From positions 1-64,000 of the IMG/VR virus record IMGVR_UViG_3300031419_000013: a stretch of 64,000 nt of DNA, one strand, 5' to 3'. Shown piece by piece: positions 53,910 through 61,203 of the stretch. Position numbers and translations under genes: made by a program. Source of the stretch: a virus. The notes under the pieces were generated by a model. That model had not been told where the DNA came from. It saw only the letters and a list, made by a program, of their open reading frames with translations, and did no database searches. Every line of letters begins with the position of its first letter. The stretch's first letter is position 1.

Positions 53910-53983
53910 GCAGGCATAGTATAAAGGTATTACCGTTGGTTTCCACCCAACTAATCGGGGTTCGATTCCCCGTGCCTGCTCCA
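53910..53983 (+). tRNA. tRNA-Gly(UCC)
   Basis: Acceptor GCAGGCA/TGCCTGC, GTTGG-TTTCCAC-CCAAC, T-arm CGGGG-TTCGATT-CCCCG, CCA. Confidence 0.85.
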
Positions 53984-54177
53984 ATCTCTATCAGAATACG
54001 GCCCCCACTGTTATTTAATTAACTCACATATAGGGCTGACAGGCAATATTGCCGGGTGGAATAAGGCTGTATTCTAATAGAGATTTCTAAAGAACTGAGT
54101 CCTCCAATAAGAATGCTAGACGCCATGCAAGTTGGTGCGGGACTCGATTTATCATTAACACTAAGTAGGATTACAGA

Positions 54178-54390
54178 ATGAAACGTATGCTTCTTGCATC
54201 AGCAATTGTATTATCTCTCAGCGCCTGTACTGCTCCAGTAGTTGTAAAGTCAGCAGTTGAACGTGATGCAGCTTATGCAAAAGCTGTTGATTTCTGTGGT
54301 GGTAAGGACAACGTGTCTTACTTCTTCTATAAACCACAGGTCCGTGCATTTAAGACCTATTGCATGGATGGTCGAGGCCGTGAGTTATAA
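54178..54390 (+). CDS. small lipoprotein (70 aa)
   Basis: MKRMLLASAIVLSLSAC lipobox. Confidence 0.55.
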   Translation: MKRMLLASAIVLSLSACTAPVVVKSAVERDAAYAKAVDFCGGKDNVSYFFYKPQVRAFKTYCMDGRGREL

Positions 54391-54679
54391 AAGCCCTCAT
54401 GCTGTTTTGGAAATGCTTCGAAAGAAGAAAGAAGAAACAGCTTTTGATAAATTAAGAAGAAAATCAACAGCAAAACGTCGTTGGATTTCTTTGGATATTG
54501 AACTTCAAAAAGATATTAAAACTATCAAATGGTATGCAACTAAAAATGGTTTCTATTTAGGAACTGATGCATATTATATGGTTAAGTTTCGTATCAGACA
54601 AGCTTCTTCAGAAATGAAGGCTCTCATGTTAGAGTATAGGGAGGTAACGAGTGATCTCAGAGCTTATCGAAACCCATAA
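54368..54679 (+). CDS. hypothetical basic protein (103 aa)
   Basis: ATG 54368 in frame with track ORF 54257..54679. Confidence 0.5.
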   Translation: MVEAVSYKSPHAVLEMLRKKKEETAFDKLRRKSTAKRRWISLDIELQKDIKTIKWYATKNGFYLGTDAYYMVKFRIRQASSEMKALMLEYREVTSDLRAYRNP

Positions 54680-54845
54680 ACTGTCAGTGGTTCACGCTGC
54701 ATTGAAAGAACCTGAAGTAGAGCAAGTGTGGCACGTTGTAAGCCCTTTTGTTGACGGGACTACCAAACGTATCTCTTCTACTAATGCTCGTCTCTCAGAC
54801 GCTGTTCTGGACGTTGTGTTCCAACTTACTGAAGGTACTGCGTAA
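54651..54845 (+). CDS. hypothetical protein (64 aa)
   Basis: ORF track (GTG start). Confidence 0.4.
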   Translation: MISELIETHKLSVVHAALKEPEVEQVWHVVSPFVDGTTKRISSTNARLSDAVLDVVFQLTEGTA

Positions 54846-55003
54846 TGTGGCCTATCTGGATTTTTAATGCAGTCTGTGTTGCATGGCTGGCAGTGATCTA
54901 CTTCTGGATTCCACAGGCTGATGCAATTCTGAATGCCTGTATCCTCGTCCCCAACATGATTGGATGGACTGTCTGGTCTTATTTCATAACTCATATAAGA
55001 TAA
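54845..55003 (+). CDS. membrane protein (52 aa)
   Basis: Read by eye; two hydrophobic segments; preferred over antisense track ORF 54692..54994. Confidence 0.4.
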   Translation: MWPIWIFNAVCVAWLAVIYFWIPQADAILNACILVPNMIGWTVWSYFITHIR

Positions 55004-55009
55004 TTAACT

Positions 55010-55045
55010 GCCCCTGCCAGAAATGGTGGGGGCTTTTTTCGTTTT
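55010..55045 (+). terminator. rho-independent terminator
   Basis: GCCCC...GGGGC followed by TTTTTTCGTTTT. Confidence 0.75.
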
Positions 55046-55103
55046 ATGTAAAGTGTAAAGCTACACAATGGCATCCTGCCTTAATTCGAATAGGAAAAGT
55101 AAG

Positions 55104-56294
55104 ATGACTCAGATGTTTGACCAGTACGGTCCGATTGTCTCTCTGGCAACTGATCGTGGTACAGAAATCCCAACCATCCCGGCTGGCGTTTACCTGATTC
55201 AATTTCATCCAGCGAAAGGTTTTTACCTGAAGCAGCAAGCAGCTCTGGTTCGCCCTGAAAAGCTGTACAGTAATACTTCTGAGCGTGCTGCTAAGATCCT
55301 GAATACCTATCTGGACCGCCCGAATGCCAATACTGGCGTGCTGTTCACCGGTAATAAAGGTTCTGGTAAAACTTTGATTACCAAAGAAGTTGCCATGCAG
55401 TCTGTTGAAATGGACATTCCGGTTCTGATCTGTGATGAGCCATACACCGGCAGTCAATTCTTCCAATTCCTGAACGCTATTTCTCAGCGTTGCGTCGTCC
55501 TTATTGACGAGTTTGAGAAAAAGTATGACGATGATGAGAAACAAAACTCTCTTCTGTCATTACTGGACGGCACAGGTACTGGCGGTAAGCTGTATCTTCT
55601 GACCTCAAACGCCCCTCGCGTGTCAGAGTTCCTGACTTCTCGCCCAAGCCGCATCTTCTACCACTATCGCTATGATAAGCTGGATGAAGAAACGCTGGTT
55701 GGTTATTGTCAGGATAACCTGAAAAATCCGGAGCAGTTGGAAAACATGCGTACTCTGCATTCACTGTCAACTGACTTCTCGTTTGATGTGATGCAGTGTC
55801 TGGTTGAAGAACTGAATCGCTACCCTGATGTATCTTTCGCTCAGTCTCTGACTGAACTGAACATCCACGTCACCGGTATGCTGGACCGTCATTATTCACT
55901 GGAACATGTGAAGATCAACGGTGAAGATTTCAGCACCACAGATATGCAGCGTATGAATCTGCTGACCATTTCTGATGGTAAAGATATTATCATGGGTCGC
56001 TGTTTTATCAATGATTGGGATTTGCAGAAAAATCTCTATCAAGCTGTTGGTAAAAACTGTAGCAATTTTTATAACCTCGATATGCTTCAACAGGAAGAGC
56101 GTGGTGAAGAAGTGGATATGGATGATTTTGATCCAGACTTCTCCTTCCGTCTGACCTATGCTCCTGAAGACACTCGTGCTAACACCGAGATTGTGGAAGT
56201 GCGTCGTACCTTTGGCGAGTTTGAAGTTGAGGTTCTGTTCAAGGCACATAAAGTGTCTCAGCAACAGGATTTCTACAACCGCATCTTTAAGTAA
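55104..56294 (+). CDS. AAA+ ATPase
   Basis: Walker A GNKGSGKTL, Walker B VVLIDEFEK; start ATG 55104 with AGGAAAAG RBS; host-like codon usage. Confidence 0.75.
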   Translation: MTQMFDQYGPIVSLATDRGTEIPTIPAGVYLIQFHPAKGFYLKQQAALVRPEKLYSNTSERAAKILNTYLDRPNANTGVLFTGNKGSGKTLITKEVAMQSVEMDIPVLICDEPYTGSQFFQFLNAISQRCVVLIDEFEKKYDDDEKQNSLLSLLDGTGTGGKLYLLTSNAPRVSEFLTSRPSRIFYHYRYDKLDEETLVGYCQDNLKNPEQLENMRTLHSLSTDFSFDVMQCLVEELNRYPDVSFAQSLTELNIHVTGMLDRHYSLEHVKINGEDFSTTDMQRMNLLTISDGKDIIMGRCFINDWDLQKNLYQAVGKNCSNFYNLDMLQQEERGEEVDMDDFDPDFSFRLTYAPEDTRANTEIVEVRRTFGEFEVEVLFKAHKVSQQQDFYNRIFK

Positions 56295-56302
56295 TATTTA
56301 TT

Positions 56303-56326
56303 GGCCTCTTAGCGGAGGCCATTTTC
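56303..56326 (+). terminator. putative terminator
   Basis: GGCCTC-TTAGCG-GAGGCC then ATTTTCC (weak T tract). Confidence 0.45.
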
Positions 56327-56355
56327 CAATCATCATATTAAGTGTGGATTGCAAA

Positions 56356-56556
56356 ATGAAACTTCATAACATTCTGTATTTGAAATGGCGTAATTTCCTA
56401 TATAGAAATATCCCAGCACGTATCAGTGACCGTCTTGATACAGAATCTAAAGTGAATTTTATTTTTGCTAAGAGGGTTAGTGATACGGCTAAGAGTCTTG
56501 AAGATCTTGAAAGTCGTGTCAAGCGTCTCGAAATGCTGGAGAAACACAGACTATGA
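56356..56556 (+). CDS. hypothetical protein (66 aa)
   Basis: ATG 56356 in frame with track ORF 56158..56556. Confidence 0.45.
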   Translation: MKLHNILYLKWRNFLYRNIPARISDRLDTESKVNFIFAKRVSDTAKSLEDLESRVKRLEMLEKHRL

Positions 56557-57107
56557 AATTGTCTAAGAAGTTGACTAAGGTTGATTTCATTAATCAACTA
56601 GCCGAACTGGTTGGCAAGAAGATGTACCTCGTTCACAGTGGGCACCGCATTGGTAGTGTCACTGTGGTAGAGACTGAATCTTTGGTTGGTTACCCATTCC
56701 AAATAACCATCATCTTCACAGGCCGTGTTGGCAAACGTATGTCTATGTACCACAATGACGGTAATGTCAAAAGAATTTCTTGCAGCGGTGGTTGGGTGAA
56801 TTCTGGCTATCGTATTAATGATCTTCTCGAACACCGGTCAATCGAAGTGGTTGAAGAAACCAAAGAAGAGGTTAAGCCTGTGCAAAAAGAACCTGTAGTA
56901 ATCCATGCACCTGTAAGCCCAACCAATTTGGTTGAGTTTGCAAAGATAGGTGACGGTGTACCTTTCTGGTACAACAGAAAGCTGTACATGGCTGATGATG
57001 AAGGTGGTGCTCTTCGCTTAGAAGATGGTACTGCTGAAAGAATCGATATTGAAGCTCTGGTTCTTCCAACCACCATCGAAATCACCGTTACTGGAGATGT
57101 TCAGTAA
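56553..57107 (+). CDS. hypothetical protein (184 aa)
   Basis: ORF track; overlapping start and stop. Confidence 0.55.
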   Translation: MKLSKKLTKVDFINQLAELVGKKMYLVHSGHRIGSVTVVETESLVGYPFQITIIFTGRVGKRMSMYHNDGNVKRISCSGGWVNSGYRINDLLEHRSIEVVEETKEEVKPVQKEPVVIHAPVSPTNLVEFAKIGDGVPFWYNRKLYMADDEGGALRLEDGTAERIDIEALVLPTTIEITVTGDVQ

Positions 57108-57340
57108 TGGAAATTCTTCGTAGAGATAAGACTGTAAAGTTCAGCACTCTTATGGGCGGTACAGTGTTTCTGGCTCATGGTGATATTCCATACCTAAAGC
57201 TGACTAATCCTGTGGTTCTGAAACATGAGCCAGATCGTGAATTCACTGCGGTTCATCTTGGTATGTCTGCAATGGCAGCAGTAACACCAGACACTGAGTG
57301 TGTTCCGTTAATAGGTCGTTTTGTTGAGGATGCAAAATGA
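57107..57340 (+). CDS. hypothetical protein (77 aa)
   Basis: ORF track. Confidence 0.5.
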   Translation: MEILRRDKTVKFSTLMGGTVFLAHGDIPYLKLTNPVVLKHEPDREFTAVHLGMSAMAAVTPDTECVPLIGRFVEDAK

Positions 57341-57567
57341 AAGTTGAATTGAATAAAGAAGATGTTATTCCCCTGTCCCATATTGCGCAGGGAGACTGCT
57401 TTGTCTTCAATAACGGTAGCACGTACATGAGGATTCGTAACCCTTTTCACCACAATTCTCAAGAAGAGCGTGTAGACGTGGTAAATCTCACCAGTGGCGA
57501 AGCTACTTCGTTTAAATCAGATTCTCCTGTAGTTCCTGTAAAGATTACTGCGGTAGAAACCAAATAA
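57337..57567 (+). CDS. hypothetical protein (76 aa)
   Basis: ORF track. Confidence 0.5.
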   Translation: MKVELNKEDVIPLSHIAQGDCFVFNNGSTYMRIRNPFHHNSQEERVDVVNLTSGEATSFKSDSPVVPVKITAVETK

Positions 57568-57709
57568 GTGGACGGGAGTTGTAAACCCAGTTCCACTACC
57601 CTAGCAGTAAGATGCGTGGCTATCAACCACACCCTCGCTGTAGTGTTCAGTGCATCGAACTGCTAAGCCTTCCTGTTTTCGGTCAGGGTATCAAAACCGT
57701 TCAAATTCC

Positions 57710-57781
57710 GGGCGTTCTGGCATGAGCCTCTGACTTGTAACTCAAGTTATGCCATGGGTTCAAATCCCATGACGTCCACCA
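57710..57781 (+). ncRNA. 72-nt tRNA-like RNA with alanine identity set (G3:U70, A73, CCA) and a non-canonical D/anticodon region
   Basis: Acceptor GGGCGTT/GACGTCC, canonical T-arm ATGGG-TTCAAAT-CCCAT, A-CCA end; interior GGC-ATGA-GCC and GACTT-GTAACTC-AAGTT. Confidence 0.45.
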
Positions 57782-58041
57782 AACGCGGCGCAGTGATGTG
57801 TGTCTAGCGGAGTTGTTCTCCGTGAGGAGCCTTTCATCAAGGCAAACGAACTACATTAGCCGGTATTAGGTTAACGTGACGTGGCACGAATGAGGATGGG
57901 GTGGAGGAGCAATTCTGTGAAGCCACTACCCTCAACCATACTAATTCAAACAATGGGATGAAAACGTGCAGTTAGTAGAGTTGGATAACACCTATCGAAA
58001 GCAAGCGCCGAAGTAGTCCCACCCAATCTTTAGAGGTGGTT

Positions 58042-58152
58042 ATGCCACTAATTAAAATAATCATAGGCATACCTATACTCGCTGTATTGTATGGCGCAGT
58101 AGTGATGATGTGCCCTGCTTTCTGGCCTTTATGGTCCTACGTGTTTAATTAG
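58042..58152 (+). CDS. hydrophobic micro-protein (36 aa)
   Basis: GAGGTGG RBS; MPLIKIIIGIPILAVLYGAVVMMCPAFWPLWSYVFN. Confidence 0.35.
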   Translation: MPLIKIIIGIPILAVLYGAVVMMCPAFWPLWSYVFN

Positions 58153-58161
58153 AGGTTAGCT

Positions 58162-58356
58162 GTGTCTAATAAACCAACTAGAGCTATTTGTATTTTTCCT
58201 TTTACTCTTGAAGTAACAGAGAGAGCTGGGAATCTCTACAGGTTTTCTGTTGCAACTGGAACTATCGCAGATCTTAAAGATGGTAAATGGAAAATCTGGT
58301 GTGGTGATGTATCAGATAAAATGAAACAGTATTTCAGACCATTACCAGAATGGTGA
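58162..58356 (+). CDS. hypothetical protein (64 aa)
   Basis: ORF track (GTG start). Confidence 0.45.
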   Translation: MSNKPTRAICIFPFTLEVTERAGNLYRFSVATGTIADLKDGKWKIWCGDVSDKMKQYFRPLPEW

Positions 58357-58486
58357 TGAAGTAATCGGTACTCGTGTTAAGTTAGTGTAAATGTACAAAA
58401 GTTATAACAAGAAATTAATTTCCTCTGTTATCCACCCGTAACTACCACAGACAATTGGATTGTCGCTAACCGAAAAGGTAATCTAC

Positions 58487-59230
58487 ATGGGAAGACAACG
58501 TAATAATTCTCGCAGATCTAACCGTCAAACGGATTTTGAAAACATGGGAGCCACTTCTAATGTTGAACAACTCCACCTCGTAACCAAAGTTAAACGTGAC
58601 TCCTCACCGATTGAAGCCCGCACTGCTAATCAAGCGCATTACATTGATGCTATTGAGAACAAAGTGCTAATCTTCTCAACAGGTGAAGCAGGTTGCGGTA
58701 AGACTTTCATCAGTTCTGCCTTAGCAGCAGAGCGACTCTGGAATAAAGAGATTGACAAAATCGTTGTCACTCGTCCAGTGCTTCAGGCTGATGAAGATCT
58801 CGGATTCCTTCCGGGCGATGTAGCAGAGAAATTTGCTCCTTACTTCCGTCCGGTGTATGACGTTTTACAGAAACGTCTCGGTGCTTCATTCCTTGAGTAT
58901 TGTCTCAAACCACAAGTAGCGAAAGTAGAGATTGCTCCTTTTGCTTATATGCGTGGTCGTACTTTTGAAAATGCTTTTGTCATTCTTGACGAAGCACAGA
59001 ACGTCACTGCATCTCAGATGAAAATGTTCCTCACTCGTATTGGTGAAAACTGTACAGTGGTAGTGAACGGTGACGTTACTCAGTGCGACTTACCAAGAGG
59101 CGTTCAAAGTGGTCTGGCGGATGCCTTACGTCGCTTTAACCCTGATGAATTGGTAGATCTGGTTGAGTTCACAGCAGAAGACTGTGTTCGTTCTGAAATC
59201 TGCCAGAGAGCATTGTTCGCTTACCGTTAA
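58487..59230 (+). CDS. phoH: PhoH-like ATPase
   Basis: Walker A GEAGCGKTF, VILDEAQN, GDVTQCDLP; start moved to ATG 58487. Confidence 0.85.
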   Translation: MGRQRNNSRRSNRQTDFENMGATSNVEQLHLVTKVKRDSSPIEARTANQAHYIDAIENKVLIFSTGEAGCGKTFISSALAAERLWNKEIDKIVVTRPVLQADEDLGFLPGDVAEKFAPYFRPVYDVLQKRLGASFLEYCLKPQVAKVEIAPFAYMRGRTFENAFVILDEAQNVTASQMKMFLTRIGENCTVVVNGDVTQCDLPRGVQSGLADALRRFNPDELVDLVEFTAEDCVRSEICQRALFAYR

Positions 59231-59454
59231 CATGTGTCCCGGTGAAAGCCGGGCACAACAGATAGTGCATTATTGCAAACCCTTTCAACACTATGTGCTC
59301 GGCATTCCACTGACGGTGATAGTGTGCTATCTGTTGTGTTCCAAAGCACAACAAACAAACCCTTTTATTAACTTAGAAGCCGTTTGTCTCGTGAAATGAT
59401 CTTACAATTCTAGGGAGTAACAGGGTTCATCCCCCTGCCCTATTTATTCAGAGG

Positions 59455-59486
59455 CTCCGACAGCAATGTCGGGGTCTTTTTTTTTT
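59455..59486 (+). terminator. rho-independent terminator
   Basis: CTCCGACA-GCAA-TGTCGGGG then TC plus T10. Confidence 0.85.
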
Positions 59487-59502
59487 GCTCGGAGTTTGTT
59501 GT

Positions 59503-59814
59503 ATGGAAGATCTTTTAGAGTTTTATGGTGTGTTGATGACCCTAGCTCTTGCAGCCCATCAACAACCTGACAAACAAGCAACAGCCATGCGTAATTGCGC
59601 TAGGAAGATGCTTGAACATGGTGGTCACTCAGAGAATATGCGTCGGTTCTTGAGAACAATGTCTCAGCCCGTATCGTTCTTTAACAGGTTTGATCCTGTA
59701 GGCCACTATCTCGCTGCGGTAAGAAGAGTAACGGCAATCACAGAGGACAGCCCCTTATCGTATGTATTTATCAAGGATGAGGAAGGCGAACGATGGATGG
59801 TACCCGATATGTAA
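59503..59814 (+). CDS. hypothetical protein (103 aa)
   Basis: ATG 59503 with GGAG RBS; the track TTG start lies inside the terminator. Confidence 0.5.
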   Translation: MEDLLEFYGVLMTLALAAHQQPDKQATAMRNCARKMLEHGGHSENMRRFLRTMSQPVSFFNRFDPVGHYLAAVRRVTAITEDSPLSYVFIKDEEGERWMVPDM

Positions 59815-59936
59815 GTGCAAGAGAGGCATTAATTGATGCATTTCTTGATGATGAATTCGAAGAAGGTTATGCAATCCTTTACCCCTTCGAAGAGTTTTAT
59901 GTAATAAGAACTTTTCAACCAATTATTCTTCATTAA
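59793..59936 (+). CDS. hypothetical acidic protein (47 aa)
   Basis: Read by eye; AAGGATGAGGAAGG upstream. Confidence 0.35.
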   Translation: MDGTRYVSAREALIDAFLDDEFEEGYAILYPFEEFYVIRTFQPIILH

Positions 59937-59948
59937 AAGGTACATGAT

Positions 59949-60365
59949 ATGACAGACCAAGCTGTAACTTTCCAACCTGCGGATGTTCTAAAGGAAGCTA
60001 ACGACTTCATTAAGGACCACAAAAAGCGCACTGGCGAAACTCTGGCAGTTGATGCACTGCTGGTCAGCTCTCTGAAGCAGTGGAATAGCACTATCCACAC
60101 AACTCAGTTGGGTATTCAGGAGATTCGTTTTCTGAACAAAGCGACCAACGTAGCTCTGGCAGATCTGAAAGCGCAGCGCATTGCTGCTGATCGTAATGGT
60201 GGTGGCGTAACCACCTCTAAACTGACCCGCAAAATCAATGCTGGTCGTCGTATCGTCAATCAGGCTCGTGTTGATTTGACTGGTGCTCGTGAAGGTCTGG
60301 TGCAGTTCAAAGCATCTCGTGATGCGATTCTGGCTGCACTGCGTTCTTATTACGCTTCTCTTTAA
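59949..60365 (+). CDS. hypothetical protein (138 aa), host-like codon usage
   Basis: ORF track. Confidence 0.6.
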   Translation: MTDQAVTFQPADVLKEANDFIKDHKKRTGETLAVDALLVSSLKQWNSTIHTTQLGIQEIRFLNKATNVALADLKAQRIAADRNGGGVTTSKLTRKINAGRRIVNQARVDLTGAREGLVQFKASRDAILAALRSYYASL

Positions 60366-60369
60366 GGGG

Positions 60370-60383
60370 TAACTACTGTGACG
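60370..60383 (+). promoter_or_regulatory. conserved phage motif copy 5 (TAACTACTGTGACG)
   Basis: Exact core; intergenic, contains the GTG start of the HD-domain ORF; shares the GGATT extension with copy 2. Confidence 0.6.
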
Positions 60384-60860
60384 GATTTCTGTGTAACAGC
60401 TCTTAATCTGGCTAAAATACATCATGAAAAACAGATGTATGGTGAGCTACCGTATTTAACCGGCCATCTGGAACCTGTAGCGTTTCAGGCTGAGTTAATT
60501 GCCCAAGGCTTACGGATGGATTCAGAAGAAATCCGTTTGGTAGTAGCCACCGCGTATCTCCATGATATTCTGGAAGATACAAAGTGTGAGCATAAGACGC
60601 TGGTATCAATTGGTATCCCTAAGATTGTAACGGATGCCGTTGTTCTTATGACAAAAGGTTGTGAATCTCACAATCAATATCTGTTCACTCTCAGCAATAA
60701 TAGCTTAGTCGCTACAATTGTTAAGCTGGCAGATAGCATGTGTAATCATCGGGCATCACTGATTGACGGTAAGTTTACCAACGTCCTGAAGTATGCCAAT
60801 AACATCAATTATCTTTCTACGGCCTTGAGCCGTTGGGCAGAGAAACGTGAGCGTTCTTAA
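60378..60860 (+). CDS. HD-domain hydrolase (SpoT/Mesh1-like small alarmone hydrolase candidate)
   Basis: AKIHHEKQMYGELPYLTGHLEPVA ... AYLHDILEDT pattern. Confidence 0.65.
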   Translation: MTDFCVTALNLAKIHHEKQMYGELPYLTGHLEPVAFQAELIAQGLRMDSEEIRLVVATAYLHDILEDTKCEHKTLVSIGIPKIVTDAVVLMTKGCESHNQYLFTLSNNSLVATIVKLADSMCNHRASLIDGKFTNVLKYANNINYLSTALSRWAEKRERS

Positions 60861-61071
60861 AAAGTTCTTCGTCTTTGCAGTGTGTATCTTCGTCATTCTG
60901 TTCTGCTTCCGAGCATTCGGTTTGGTGAAGTGTACTGTTGCTCAGTACGATCTTAAGCGTCCTACCCATTTCAGCTTTGTTACCGGCAATTGCATGGTAG
61001 ATGCTGGTAATGGTAGCAGGGTATATCTGAAATCACTGCGTGGTTATGGTGACGAAGGTGCAGACCAGTAA
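60847..61071 (+). CDS. membrane protein (74 aa)
   Basis: N-terminal TM FFVFAVCIFVILFCF; GTG start. Confidence 0.45.
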   Translation: MSVLKKFFVFAVCIFVILFCFRAFGLVKCTVAQYDLKRPTHFSFVTGNCMVDAGNGSRVYLKSLRGYGDEGADQ

Positions 61072-61203
61072 GCCGTTTCAAATGGACCGCTCACCATTCT
61101 TAGTGGGCAGTCTGTTGGGTAATCGCCCATTCATTTTCTATCGTTTCGACAAACGTTTCTATATGTCGATTTTTAACAAACCTCAAGAAAAGGTAATTCA
61201 CTA

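Noticed and set aside
53685-53924. Track ORF of 79 aa (TTG start).
   Set aside because: It overlaps the tRNA fragment and the tRNA-Gly 5' end. It has an odd composition and no RBS. It is more likely part of an untranslated leader.
57568-57960. Calling this region a bona fide (one-piece or permuted two-piece) tmRNA gene. A tag-like string, GCAAACGAACTACATTAGCC at 57841, resembles the E. coli ANDENYALAA coding segment.
   Set aside because: - The element order fits neither a standard nor a circularly permuted ssrA.
- The candidate tag would read ANELH-stop, with no hydrophobic AA-type ending.
- Most resemblances are 6-8-mers, which are expected by chance between two 400-nt sequences.
- Only the tRNA-like module is well supported, so it is kept as a hypothesis to test with ARAGORN/Infernal.
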